Of a stretch of DNA of 64,000 bases, positions 12,382-21,854 are shown in pieces (position 1 is the first letter of the stretch; each line of letters opens with the position of its first letter). Location of the stretch: contig CAWFKH010000003.1 of NCBI GenBank assembly GCA_963816355.1, forward strand, positions 1,120,001-1,184,000. Direction: 5' to 3'. The notes under the pieces are model-generated. The model saw nothing but the letters and a program-made list of their open reading frames with translations. It was not told the DNA's origin and ran no database searches. The position numbers and the translations under genes were made by a program. This DNA comes from an uncultured Gemmatimonadales bacterium (GTDB lineage Bacteria; Gemmatimonadota; Gemmatimonadetes; Longimicrobiales; RSA9).

Positions 12382-13716
12382 TCACGACGCCCCCCCTTCC
12401 AGCGCGCTCGCGCTCGCTCCCGCTCCCGCCGGCACGACCGCCTCGCCCGCCTGAGCGACGACGTGGCGCACGGCCACGCGACGGCCGGCGACCGGGCGGA
12501 CGTCGGACAGACTCGCGCCGCCGATGAGCCGATCGTTGTCGAGCAGGAAGAGGAACGCCAGCGTCGCCACGAGGTTCACCGCCGTCAGGATCGCGCCGTA
12601 CACGAAGCCGCTCGGTATGCCGGCGGCGTCGAGCACCAGGATCGACGTGCCCATGAGGGTGATGTAGCCGAGCGCCGTGGGCAGCAGCACCTTCCAACCC
12701 AGGTGCATGACCTGGTCGTAGCGGAAGCGCGGCACGGTCCACCGCACCCACATGAAGACGAAGATGAAGAAGCCGGTCTTGATGCAGAACGAGAGGAATG
12801 TGAGCACCGTCTTCCACCATGCCGGCGCCGCGCCCAGCACGATGCCCGGCGCGTTCAGGATCATGTCGTCGCCGCGCCAGAACGGGATGTCCCAGCCGCC
12901 GAGGAAGAGCGTGGCCATCAGCGCCGACGCGGTGAGCAGGTTCGCGTACTCGGCGATGAAGAACATACTGAACTTCATCGACGAGTACTCGGTGTGGTAG
13001 CCGGTCACCAGCTCCGCCTCCGCCTCCGGCAGGTCGAACGGCAGCCGGTTCGTCTCCGCGAACGCGGAGATGACGAAGAGGAAGAAGGCGAGGCCGAGCG
13101 GAAAGCAGAACCACCAATGGTAGGTCTCCTGCTGCGCCCACACGACCTGCGGCAGCGTCACGTTGCCCGCGAGCATGAAGATGGGGATCAGGCTCATCCC
13201 GAGCGCCACCTCGTAGCTCACCATCTGGGCGCTGGCGCGCAGACCGCCGAGGAAGGCGTACTTGCTGTTGGAGGACCAGCCGGCCATCACCAGGCCGTAC
13301 ACGCCGAGGCTGGAAAGCGCGAGGACGAAGAGGATGCCGATCGGCGGGTCCGCGACGATCATGTCGACGACGCCCCATCTCGTCGGCAGCGGCGAGGCGA
13401 ACGGCACGATCGCGAACGTCACGAGGGCGGGCACGATGGCGATCATCGGCGCCAGGAAGAAGTAGACGCGCGACGCCTCCCGCGGATCGGTTTCCTCCTT
13501 CATCAGGTTCTTCAGGCCGTCCGCGATCGGCTGCAGCAGTCCGAACGGCCCCACCCGGTTCGGCCCCATGCGGTCCTGAATCCAGGCCGAGAGCCGCCGC
13601 TCGAGCAGCGTGAGCATCGCCACCACCACCATCACGACGGTGAAGACGACGCCCACCTTGATGGCCGAGAAGACCAGGAACGCGGTGGGAGAGAGCGCCT
13701 GGACCGGGTGCATCAC
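12382..13716 (-). CDS. nuoH: NADH-quinone oxidoreductase subunit H (C-terminally extended)
   Basis: QDRMGPNRVGP, AQMVSYE, ETNRLPFDLPEAE, PRFRYDQ. Confidence 0.96.
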   Translation of the reverse strand: MMHPVQALSPTAFLVFSAIKVGVVFTVVMVVVAMLTLLERRLSAWIQDRMGPNRVGPFGLLQPIADGLKNLMKEETDPREASRVYFFLAPMIAIVPALVTFAIVPFASPLPTRWGVVDMIVADPPIGILFVLALSSLGVYGLVMAGWSSNSKYAFLGGLRASAQMVSYEVALGMSLIPIFMLAGNVTLPQVVWAQQETYHWWFCFPLGLAFFLFVISAFAETNRLPFDLPEAEAELVTGYHTEYSSMKFSMFFIAEYANLLTASALMATLFLGGWDIPFWRGDDMILNAPGIVLGAAPAWWKTVLTFLSFCIKTGFFIFVFMWVRWTVPRFRYDQVMHLGWKVLLPTALGYITLMGTSILVLDAAGIPSGFVYGAILTAVNLVATLAFLFLLDNDRLIGGASLSDVRPVAGRRVAVRHVVAQAGEAVVPAGAGASASALEGGAS

Positions 13717-15353
13717 TCCTCCTCTCCGGCGTCGCCCGCCGCGGCGGCGAGGCGGTCGCCCTGACGCGCCAGCGCGCCGCTCCCGCCGAGCAGCGGATAG
13801 CTGAGGCCCGCGAACGGGTCGAACAGCTCACCCACGCGAAGGAACGCGTCGCCGGCAGACGCGGGGGCGGCGGCGTCTTCGAGCCCGGCCAGCACGACGC
13901 CGATCGCCTGCCACGGCGGCCGCGCCAGTGCCGGCGGCTGGCGCGCCGTCCAGAAGCGCTGGACGCGCCCTTCGTGGTTCGTGAAGGTGCCCTCCTGCTC
14001 GGCGAACGTGGTCGCCGGCAGGATGAAGTGGGCGGCGCGCCGGACCGGCTCGCTCATGGTGTCGCCGAAGTAGACGAAGAGCTCCGCGTCGACGCCGTCC
14101 CCGGCATCGACCAGGTCGTCGCCGAGGGCGAGCAGGACGCGGGGCGCGGGCGGCAGGCCGCCGGCGGCGGCGTCCGACCCGACGCGAGAGAAGCCGAGCA
14201 GCTCGAGTCCGCGCACGTTCGGCGCCAGGTCGCGCCGGCGCGCCAGCCCGGGGAAGCCGGGACACGCCACCTCGTCGTCGACACGGCGGGAGCGGAAAAT
14301 CTTCTCTCCCTGGAGCAAGTCTGCGAGGCGCGCGAAGAGACCGGCGTCCTCGTTGGCCCGCAGGGCGGAGACGAGCGCGACGACGCCGGCGCCGGTCGAG
14401 CCGACGGCGGCGAGGTGCGGGCGCAGCGCGGCGACGAGGGCGACGACGGCGTCGCGCCAGCTCGTCGGGCGCAGCTGGCCGCCCTCGTCGCGCACGAGCG
14501 GCACCTCGACGCGGGCGCCGTGGTTGAGCGACTCGTACTCGAGGCGGCCGTAGTCGCACATCCAGTACGAGTTCACGTGGGCGTTGTGCCGCGGCTTCAG
14601 GCGCTGCACGAGGTTGTCGCGCACGTCGATGGTGATGTTGCAGCCCTGCGAGCAGCTGGGGCAGATCGAGGGCGTGCGGTCGAGATCCCAGGCGCGGGCC
14701 TTGTGGTGGAAGTCCTTCGAGAGGAGCGCGCCGACGGGGCAGATGTCGACGATATTGTCCGCCCACAGGCTGCCGCCCACGCCCTCGTCGAAGAAGGTGT
14801 CGATCACCGAGCGGCTGCCGCGCTGCACGACGCACAGCGCGTCCTGACCGGCGATCTCGCGCATGAAGCGGACGCAGCGCGTGCACATGATGCAGCGGTC
14901 CGCGTCGTAGAGGACGTCGCCGCCGAAGTCGTCGCGGCCGAGCACGCGCTTGCCCTCGTCGCTCCGGCCGTGCTTGCGGCCCTCGGCGTGGACGTAGTCC
15001 TGCAGCTTGCACTCGCCGGCGGCGTCGCAAACGGGACAGTCGAGCGGGTGGTTGACGAGATAGAACTCGAGGACGCCGGTGCGCGCCTCATGCGCCTTCT
15101 CGGTCTCCGTCCGGATCACCTGTCCATCGCCGACCGGCGTGACGCACGCCGGCACCAGCTTCGGCGCCTTCTCCACCTCGACGAGGCACATGCGGCACAT
15201 CGCGGGCGCCGAGAGGCCCGGATGATAGCAGTAGTGCGGCACGCCAATGCCGAGCTGCGCGGCGGCCTCGATGATATTCGTCCCCTTCGGAACCGTGATC
15301 TCGCGGCCGTCAATGGTGCAGGTGACCGTGTCCTGCCGCTGCGTCGTCGCCAT
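13713..15353 (-). CDS. nuoG: NADH-quinone oxidoreductase subunit G (short, 546 aa)
   Basis: CYHPGLS...CRMCLVE, HPLDCPVCD...C, CIMCTRC...CP, CPSCSQGC...CDYG. Confidence 0.92.
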   Translation of the reverse strand: MATTQRQDTVTCTIDGREITVPKGTNIIEAAAQLGIGVPHYCYHPGLSAPAMCRMCLVEVEKAPKLVPACVTPVGDGQVIRTETEKAHEARTGVLEFYLVNHPLDCPVCDAAGECKLQDYVHAEGRKHGRSDEGKRVLGRDDFGGDVLYDADRCIMCTRCVRFMREIAGQDALCVVQRGSRSVIDTFFDEGVGGSLWADNIVDICPVGALLSKDFHHKARAWDLDRTPSICPSCSQGCNITIDVRDNLVQRLKPRHNAHVNSYWMCDYGRLEYESLNHGARVEVPLVRDEGGQLRPTSWRDAVVALVAALRPHLAAVGSTGAGVVALVSALRANEDAGLFARLADLLQGEKIFRSRRVDDEVACPGFPGLARRRDLAPNVRGLELLGFSRVGSDAAAGGLPPAPRVLLALGDDLVDAGDGVDAELFVYFGDTMSEPVRRAAHFILPATTFAEQEGTFTNHEGRVQRFWTARQPPALARPPWQAIGVVLAGLEDAAAPASAGDAFLRVGELFDPFAGLSYPLLGGSGALARQGDRLAAAAGDAGEEE

Positions 15354-15361
15354 GCGCTCCC

Positions 15362-16666
15362 CTACCCTGCCGCGACCATCCGGGCGCCGTCCGCCGACCG
15401 GCGGAAGAGCGCGAGGTAATCGTCGCGGAATTTCTCGATCGAGCTGTTGACCGGCGCCGCGCACGAGTCGCTCAGCACGCAGATCGTCGTCCCGGTCATG
15501 TTGCGGCCCACCTGGAGGAGGACGTCGAGATCCGCCTCGGTGCCGCCTCCCGCCTCGATGCGGCGCATCATCTTCGCCATCCACTCGGTTCCTTCGCGGC
15601 ACGGCGTGCACTGGCCGCACGACTCGTGGGCGTAGAATTCGACCATGCGGCGGACCTGTTTGACGATGTTCGTCGCGTCGTCCATCACGATCACGGAGGC
15701 GGTGCCGAGCATGCTTCCCGCCTGCGCGACCGACTCGTAATCGAGCGCGATGTCGATCTCGTCGGCGGCCAGGATCGGCACCGAGCTGCCGCCCGGGATG
15801 ACCGCCTTGAGCGAGCGGCCGTCGCGGATGCCGCCGCACACGTCGTAGATCAGCTCCTTCAGGTTAAAGCCGAGCGGCAGCTCGAAGTTGCCGCGCCGTA
15901 CGACGTGACCGGAGATGTTGAACAGCTTGGTGCCGGGGCTCTTCTCGGTGCCCCACTGGCGGTACCAGTCGGCGCCGTTGCGCACAATGTGCGGCACCGC
16001 GCACAGCGTCTCCACGTTGTTGATCGTGGTCGGCATCCCGAAGGCGCCGACCGCGGCGGGGAACGGCGGCTTCACCCGGGGCTGGCCGCGGCGGCCCTCG
16101 AGCGAGTTCATGAGGCCCGTCTCTTCGCCGCAGATGTAGGCGCCCGCGCCGAGGTGGAGCGTCACGTCGACGTCGACGCCGGAGCCGAGGATGTCCTTGC
16201 CCGCGAGGCCCGCGGCGTACGCCTCCTCGATGGCGCGGCCGACGATGCGGGCGGGCTCGAAGAATTCGCCGCGGATGTAGATGTAGACATCCTGCGCGCG
16301 GATCGCGTACGCGGCGATGAGCGCCCCCTCGATCATCTGGTGCGGCGTCCAGCGGCAGAGCTCCCGGTCCTTGAACGCGCCGGGCTCCGACTCGTCGGCG
16401 TTGATCAGGAGGTAGTGCGGCCGGTCGGTGTCCTTCGGCATGAAGCCCCACTTCACACCGGTCGGGAAGCCCGCGCCGCCGCGGCCGCGCAGCCCGCTCC
16501 CCTTCACCACTTCCGTCACCGCGTCGCGCTCCATGCCGAGCGCCTGCTTCAGCGCCTCGTAGCCGCCGTAGCTCGCGCGCCAGCCCTCGAGCGTGCGGGC
16601 GGCGGGGTCGCCGAATCCCGCACTGAGGACGGGGGTCTCGGCCGGGTGCCGGAAGGGATACGCCAT
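15362..16666 (-). CDS. nuoF: NADH-quinone oxidoreductase subunit F
   Basis: GLRGRGGAGFPTG, NADESEPG, GAYICGEET, ESCGQCTPCREG. Confidence 0.97.
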   Translation of the reverse strand: MAYPFRHPAETPVLSAGFGDPAARTLEGWRASYGGYEALKQALGMERDAVTEVVKGSGLRGRGGAGFPTGVKWGFMPKDTDRPHYLLINADESEPGAFKDRELCRWTPHQMIEGALIAAYAIRAQDVYIYIRGEFFEPARIVGRAIEEAYAAGLAGKDILGSGVDVDVTLHLGAGAYICGEETGLMNSLEGRRGQPRVKPPFPAAVGAFGMPTTINNVETLCAVPHIVRNGADWYRQWGTEKSPGTKLFNISGHVVRRGNFELPLGFNLKELIYDVCGGIRDGRSLKAVIPGGSSVPILAADEIDIALDYESVAQAGSMLGTASVIVMDDATNIVKQVRRMVEFYAHESCGQCTPCREGTEWMAKMMRRIEAGGGTEADLDVLLQVGRNMTGTTICVLSDSCAAPVNSSIEKFRDDYLALFRRSADGARMVAAG

Positions 16667-17629
16667 CTAGCTCTCGTCGGGTGTCGAATCGGGACGGTGC
16701 GGCCGCGCGTTCGGGGTCGCGGCCGGGCCGGCGGGGCCGCCCGCCGCCGCTCCGCCGCTCGCGGGCGGGACGGCCGGCGAGCCGCGGTCGCGATGGCGGC
16801 GCACGGCATCGCTCTCGTCACGGGCCTGCGGCGACACCGACCCCGCCGCCCGGTCGGGCTCCGGTCCCGGCGTCTGTGCGAGCGTCTCGGGCGCGGCGCC
16901 GGGTGTGCCGGCGCTCGTCCCGACAGCGCCGAGGGCGCTCTCCAGGCCGGGGCCGCCAGACGCGCCGGACGCGCCGGCTTCCGAGCGCAGACGCTCGAGA
17001 ATGGCCGGGACATCGCCGACCGCGACGTTCTCGAAATAGCGCTCGTTGATCTGCACGGCAGTCGGGAAGCCGCACGCGCCGAGGCACTCGGCTTCCATCG
17101 TCGTGAAGAGGCCGTCGTCGCTGGTGTCGCCGGCGTCGGCGCCGGTGTGCTCGAGGAACGCCTCGAAGACCTCGTCGCCGCCGCACAGGTTGCACGCGAC
17201 GTTCGTGCACACCTGCACGAGATAGCGCCCGACCTCGCGCTTGTTGTACATCGTGTAGAAGGTCGCGACCCCACGCACGTACGCGTGCGAGAGGCCGAGC
17301 ACGTCGGCGACGCGGGCCATCGCCTCGGGCGAGAGGAAGCCGCGCACCTCGTGGGCGAGGTTGAGGACCGGCAGCAGCGCACCCTGCGGGTTCGGGTAGC
17401 GCGCCAGGATCTTCTCCAGCCGCTCCGCGTAGGGGCCCTCGAAGAGCGGCGCGTCCGGATCGCGGTCCGCAAGCTGGTACGGGTAGGCGTTGATGCCGCC
17501 GGCGTCGATTCCCGCCGCGGGCCGGCCGGCGACGTACTCGCTTCCGCGCACGTCCGCTTCACGCAGTGACTCGAACTCCCCGGTCTCGCCCGCCCAGCCG
17601 GGGTTGCGGGTGAGGGGCGTCTCGCTCAT
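16667..17629 (-). CDS. nuoE: NADH-quinone oxidoreductase subunit E with N- and C-terminal extensions
   Basis: VATFYTMY, CTNVAC and ECLGAC 2Fe-2S ligands; ATGA overlap with nuoD. Confidence 0.92.
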   Translation of the reverse strand: MSETPLTRNPGWAGETGEFESLREADVRGSEYVAGRPAAGIDAGGINAYPYQLADRDPDAPLFEGPYAERLEKILARYPNPQGALLPVLNLAHEVRGFLSPEAMARVADVLGLSHAYVRGVATFYTMYNKREVGRYLVQVCTNVACNLCGGDEVFEAFLEHTGADAGDTSDDGLFTTMEAECLGACGFPTAVQINERYFENVAVGDVPAILERLRSEAGASGASGGPGLESALGAVGTSAGTPGAAPETLAQTPGPEPDRAAGSVSPQARDESDAVRRHRDRGSPAVPPASGGAAAGGPAGPAATPNARPHRPDSTPDES

Positions 17630-18906
17630 CGGTCGATCTCCCCGAGAACGATGTCGATGCTCGCGTTGGAGGCGATCACGTCCGTGAGGAGCTGCCCTTC
17701 CACCATCTTCGGGAGCGCCGCCAGGTTGACGAAGCTGGGACCGCGCACGCGCCAGCGCACCGGCTTGGAGCCGCCATCGCTCACCACGTACATGCCGAGC
17801 TCCCCCTTCGAGCTTTCGACGCCGAACCAGCTCTCGCCCGCCGGCGCCGGAACGCCCTCCATCACGACCTTGAAGTGATGGATCATGGAAGCCATGTCCG
17901 TCATGCAGTCCGTCTTCGACGGCAGGATCAGGCGCGGGTCGTCCACGTTGATCGGACCGTCCGGCAGCCGGTCGATCGCCTGCTGAAGGATCCGCAGGCT
18001 CTGCCGCATCTCCTCCATGCGCACCAGGTAGCGGTCGTAGCAGTCGCCGTTCTCGCCCACCACGACGTCGAAGTCGTACGTCTCGTAGTCGTAGTACGGC
18101 CGGTCCTTGCGTACGTCGTAGGCCACGCCCGACGCGCGCAGGTTCGGTCCGGTGAGGCCGTAGTTGACCGCGTCCTCCGCGCTCATCGGCCCCACGCCGA
18201 GGTTCCGCCCGATCCACAGGTTGTTCGACGTGAGCAGCGTCTCCACCTCGTCGAGCGTCTTCGGCACCGTGTCGACGAACTCCTGCAGCTCCTCGATCCA
18301 GCCGGCCGGCAGGTCCGCCATCATGCCGCCGATCCGCGTCGCCGACGTCGTGATGCGCGCGCCCGTCAGCTTCTCGTGCAGCGTGTAGATCCGCTCCCGC
18401 TCCTGGAAGGTGTAGAGGAAGACGGTGAAGGCGCCGATGTCGATGCCGGTCGTACCGAGCCAGAGCAGGTGGCTGAAGACGCGGTCGAGCTCCATGAGGA
18501 TGACGCGCACCACCTTGCAGCGCTCGGTGATCTCGATCCCCATCAGCTTCTCGACCGCCGCCGCGTACGCCACGTTGTAGATCAGCGGGGCGAGGTAGTC
18601 CATGCGGTCGGTGAGCGGGATCACCTGGTTCCAGGTGCGGAACTCGCCCAGCTTCTCGAAGCTGGAGTGCAGGTAGCCGATGTGCGGGATGCAGCGGATC
18701 ACGGTCTCGCCGTCGAGCTCCAGCACGAGGCGCAGCACGCCGTGCGTCGCCGGGTGCTGGGGCCCGATGTTGATGAGCATGTGCTCGGCGTGCAGCTCCG
18801 GCTCCATCCCCTGCGGCAGCACCGGGGGCGCCACAGCGCCGTCCGCGCGGTCCCCGTCCATCGCTGCGCCGCCCGGAAGCCGCCGCTCCTCCACCGGCGC
18901 ACTCAC
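17626..18906 (-). CDS. nuoD: NADH-quinone oxidoreductase subunit D
   Basis: NIGPQHPATHGVLRL, DRMDY, C-terminal DIVLGEIDR. Confidence 0.97.
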   Translation of the reverse strand: MSAPVEERRLPGGAAMDGDRADGAVAPPVLPQGMEPELHAEHMLINIGPQHPATHGVLRLVLELDGETVIRCIPHIGYLHSSFEKLGEFRTWNQVIPLTDRMDYLAPLIYNVAYAAAVEKLMGIEITERCKVVRVILMELDRVFSHLLWLGTTGIDIGAFTVFLYTFQERERIYTLHEKLTGARITTSATRIGGMMADLPAGWIEELQEFVDTVPKTLDEVETLLTSNNLWIGRNLGVGPMSAEDAVNYGLTGPNLRASGVAYDVRKDRPYYDYETYDFDVVVGENGDCYDRYLVRMEEMRQSLRILQQAIDRLPDGPINVDDPRLILPSKTDCMTDMASMIHHFKVVMEGVPAPAGESWFGVESSKGELGMYVVSDGGSKPVRWRVRGPSFVNLAALPKMVEGQLLTDVIASNASIDIVLGEIDR

Positions 18907-19607
18907 GACTCCGCCTCCGTCGCTTCCGGCTCGGTGCCCGGAGTACGGGTCGACCCGGCTTCGCCGTGGGCCAGCCCCACGTTCAGCTCGTCCGGAACGT
19001 AGAAGTCCTCCACCTGCAACGACAGCGAGCGGCGCGTCTGCTCGGCACGCGTGAAGCGGCCCCGCAGCGGAAAGTCCTTCCGCAGCGGATGGCCCTCCGA
19101 GTAGTTCTCCGGCATGAGGATGCGGCGCAGGTCGGGGTGGCCGCGGAACTGGATGCCGAACATGTCGTACGCCTCGCGCTCGTGCCAGTCGGCGGTCTTC
19201 CAGATGCCGGCGACGGAGTCAATCTCCAGCGCGTCGAGTGGAAGCTCCGCCTTCACGCGCAGCTGCCGCCGGTTCGGGATCGACCACAGCTCGTAGACCA
19301 CCTGCAGCGGGCGCCCCGAGCCGTAGTCGACGGCGGTCACATCCTTCAACAGGTCGTAATCCTGGGCGCCGTCCTCGCGCAGCCACGCCAGGACCTCGTG
19401 GACGCGCTCCGGCCGTACGAACACCACCTGCTCGTCGCCCGCCTGCACCTCTGCGCGCAGGATCGCGTCGCCGAAGCGCTGCCGAAGCGCCGCGACGCTC
19501 GGGTGGACTCCTCCGCCATCCGCTGGAGCCTCCGCCGCGCCCGCCGCATCCGACGACGCCGGGCCCGCGTCGAGACCGCCCAGGCCCTCCTCGAACTCTC
19601 CCGCCAT
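18903..19607 (-). CDS. nuoC: NADH-quinone oxidoreductase subunit C
   Basis: TAVDY, WHEREAYDMFGI, GHPLRKDFP. Confidence 0.95.
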   Translation of the reverse strand: MAGEFEEGLGGLDAGPASSDAAGAAEAPADGGGVHPSVAALRQRFGDAILRAEVQAGDEQVVFVRPERVHEVLAWLREDGAQDYDLLKDVTAVDYGSGRPLQVVYELWSIPNRRQLRVKAELPLDALEIDSVAGIWKTADWHEREAYDMFGIQFRGHPDLRRILMPENYSEGHPLRKDFPLRGRFTRAEQTRRSLSLQVEDFYVPDELNVGLAHGEAGSTRTPGTEPEATEAES

Positions 19608-19609
19608 CG

Positions 19610-20284
19610 TCACGGCCTGCGGTCGGAGGGACGGTCCACCGCGCGCGACGGCACCAGGCCGCTCGAGCGGTTCTGCGTCGTCGAGTTGCCGAACGGGCCC
19701 GCGACAGCCTCGATCGTCGCCGGATCCAAGTTCGCCACGCTGACGCGGCTCGGGTCCTCCTCGCGCAGCAATGCGTCCGCCAGGCGCTCCCCCTTGATCT
19801 TCTCCTGCAGCAGCAGAATGCCGTAAATCAGACCTTCCGGCCGCGGAGGACAGCCCGGAACGTACACGTCCACCGGGATGATCGTGTCGATCCCCTGCAC
19901 CATCGAGTAGACGTCGAACACGCCGCCCGACGAGGCGCACGCGCCCATCGAGATCGCCCACTTCGGCTGCGGCATCTGGTCCCAGATCTTGCGCAGCACC
20001 GGCGCCATCTTGTACGCCACCCGTCCCGCGCAGATCAGCATGTCCGCCTGCCGCGGCGAGAACGACATCCGTTCCATACCGAACCGCGCCAGGTCGAACT
20101 TCGTCGCCGCCGTCGCCATCATCTCGATCGCGCAGCACGCGGTCCCGAACGGCATCGGCCACAGCGAGCTGCGCCGCGCCCAGTCCACCATGTAGTCCAG
20201 CCGCGTCGTCAGAAAGGACGGGCTCCCGTCCTTCACGTGCGACTCCGTCAATACCTTCAGATCACGGCGCCCCTCTAGTCCCAT
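19610..20284 (-). CDS. nuoB: NADH-quinone oxidoreductase subunit B
   Basis: [35 protein letters not shown]. Confidence 0.97.
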   Translation of the reverse strand: MGLEGRRDLKVLTESHVKDGSPSFLTTRLDYMVDWARRSSLWPMPFGTACCAIEMMATAATKFDLARFGMERMSFSPRQADMLICAGRVAYKMAPVLRKIWDQMPQPKWAISMGACASSGGVFDVYSMVQGIDTIIPVDVYVPGCPPRPEGLIYGILLLQEKIKGERLADALLREEDPSRVSVANLDPATIEAVAGPFGNSTTQNRSSGLVPSRAVDRPSDRRP

Positions 20285-20631
20285 TGGAGCGCTCCTTTCT
20301 TCCAGACGTATATCAATCCAACCAGCAATATGCCGATGAACACCAGCATCTCCACCAGACCGAACACCCCCAACTGACGGAAACTCACGCCCCACGGAAT
20401 CAGGAAGACCGTCTCCAGATCGAAGACGATGAACAGCAGCGCAACCAGATAGAACTTCACCGAGAACCGCTCGCGCGTGTTGCCCAGCGGGATCATCCCC
20501 GACTCGTACGGCGCCTGCTTGACCGGCGTCGGACGGAACGGGCTCACGAGGTGGGACACCACCACCATGAACACCGCGTTGAGCAGTGAGAGTGCGAGCA
20601 GGATCAGGATGGGGACGTAAGCCTGAAGCAT
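20275..20631 (-). CDS. nuoA: NADH-quinone oxidoreductase subunit A
   Basis: [28 protein letters not shown]. Confidence 0.96.
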   Translation of the reverse strand: MLQAYVPILILLALSLLNAVFMVVVSHLVSPFRPTPVKQAPYESGMIPLGNTRERFSVKFYLVALLFIVFDLETVFLIPWGVSFRQLGVFGLVEMLVFIGILLVGLIYVWKKGALQWD

Positions 20632-20644
20632 TCGGGCATCGGGT

Positions 20645-20662
20645 TTGTGAATTCCTTCACTT
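20645..20662. promoter_or_regulatory. Rex-like operator in the nuoA leader
   Basis: TTGTGAA-TTCC-TTCACTT versus consensus TTGTGAA-N4-TTCACAA (12 of 14 specified bases). Confidence 0.7.
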
Positions 20663-20678
20663 GCGTCCGGCCGGGGGG

Positions 20679-20708
20679 AGTGTAGCCGCCGGGGTCGTGA
20701 AGTGTCAA
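20679..20708 (-). promoter_or_regulatory. Sigma70-type promoter of the nuo operon
   Basis: TTGACA-N18-TACACT. Confidence 0.8.
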
Positions 20709-20722
20709 GCGCCGCCGCGCGC

Positions 20723-20752
20723 TTGCCCGCGGCGCGCGCCGGAGCCTAGATT
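20723..20752 (+). promoter_or_regulatory. Divergent sigma70-type promoter for dcd
   Basis: TTGCCC-N18-TAGATT. Confidence 0.55.
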
Positions 20753-20812
20753 GCGCGGCCGTTTCGCCCATGGATGCACGTCCGATACCCGACCCCGGAG
20801 ATGGCCGTTCCG

Positions 20813-21367
20813 ATGTCGATCAAGAACGACCGCTGGATCCGCAGAATGGCCGAGGAAGAGGGGATGATCGAGCCGTTCGAGTCGGGGCAGGTGCGGGACC
20901 GCGTGGTGAGCTACGGCCTTTCATCGTTCGGCTACGACGTGAGGGTGGCGGACGAGTTCAAGGTGTTCACGGACGTGCACAGCGTGATCGTGGATCCGAA
21001 GTCGTTCGATCCGAAGTCGTTCGTGGACATCGTGGGCGATCACTGCATCATTCCGCCTCGTTCGTTCGCGCTGGCGCGGACGCTGGAGTACTTCCGGGTA
21101 CCGAAGGACGTTCTGGTGTTGTGCGTGGGGAAATCGACGTACGCGCGGTGCGGGATCATCGTGAACGTCACGCCGCTGGAGCCGGAGTGGCGCGGCTATC
21201 TGACGCTGGAGATCTCGAACACGACGCCGCTGCCGGCGAAGATCTACTCGAATGAGGGGCTCGCGCAGCTCCTCTTCTTCCAGGGCGACGAGGCGCCGGA
21301 GATCACCTACGCGATGAGGCGGGGCAAGTACCAGGACCAGGTGGGAGTCACGCCTCCGAAGCTGTAG
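20813..21367 (+). CDS. dcd: dCTP deaminase
   Basis: [41 protein letters not shown]. Confidence 0.95.
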   Translation: MSIKNDRWIRRMAEEEGMIEPFESGQVRDRVVSYGLSSFGYDVRVADEFKVFTDVHSVIVDPKSFDPKSFVDIVGDHCIIPPRSFALARTLEYFRVPKDVLVLCVGKSTYARCGIIVNVTPLEPEWRGYLTLEISNTTPLPAKIYSNEGLAQLLFFQGDEAPEITYAMRRGKYQDQVGVTPPKL

Positions 21368-21854
21368 GCTCCTCGCCGGGCGGCGAAGGCGTGCGGGGGC
21401 CTCGCGGCTCGGGCTCGGGCCGGCCGGGCGGAGCCGGCTCGCCGGCGCGTCGCAACTCGGGCTCGCGGCCATCGACCAGGTCGCGCCGAAGCTCGAAGCG
21501 GGGCGGCTCACGGGCGCCGCGCCAGGCTTCGGGCGCCTCGGCGCGCGCGATCGCGGCCCACCGGGCCGCCTCCTCCAGCAGCTCTTCGACGTCGACGCCC
21601 AGGTAGTGCGGGCGGTAGGCCTCCAGTGCGCGCCGGGCCTTGTCGAGCTGCGCCGCGACGCCGTGGGCGTTGCCGCGCTGGACGTGGACGAAGGCGCTGG
21701 CGAAGAGGATCAGGGCGTGGTAGAACTCGCTGCCGTCCTCCCGCCACGGCGTCTCGAGCGCCTCGTGGCTCTCCCAGTAGAGGCTGTCGTTGAAGAGGCG
21801 GCAGAAGCGGAGGAGCGGCGCGGGCCAGCGCGGCTGCTCCGCCTCGTCGCTCAC
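21348..21854 (-). CDS. DUF309 domain protein
   Basis: [25 protein letters not shown] pattern; GTGA overlap with the upstream barrel gene. Confidence 0.8.
   Translation of the reverse strand: MSDEAEQPRWPAPLLRFCRLFNDSLYWESHEALETPWREDGSEFYHALILFASAFVHVQRGNAHGVAAQLDKARRALEAYRPHYLGVDVEELLEEAARWAAIARAEAPEAWRGAREPPRFELRRDLVDGREPELRRAGEPAPPGRPEPEPRGPRTPSPPGEEPTASEA

Noticed and set aside
20632..20812. Replication origin at the skew flip
   Set aside because: No DnaA boxes or AT-rich unwinding element; the region is explained by two promoters and an operator.
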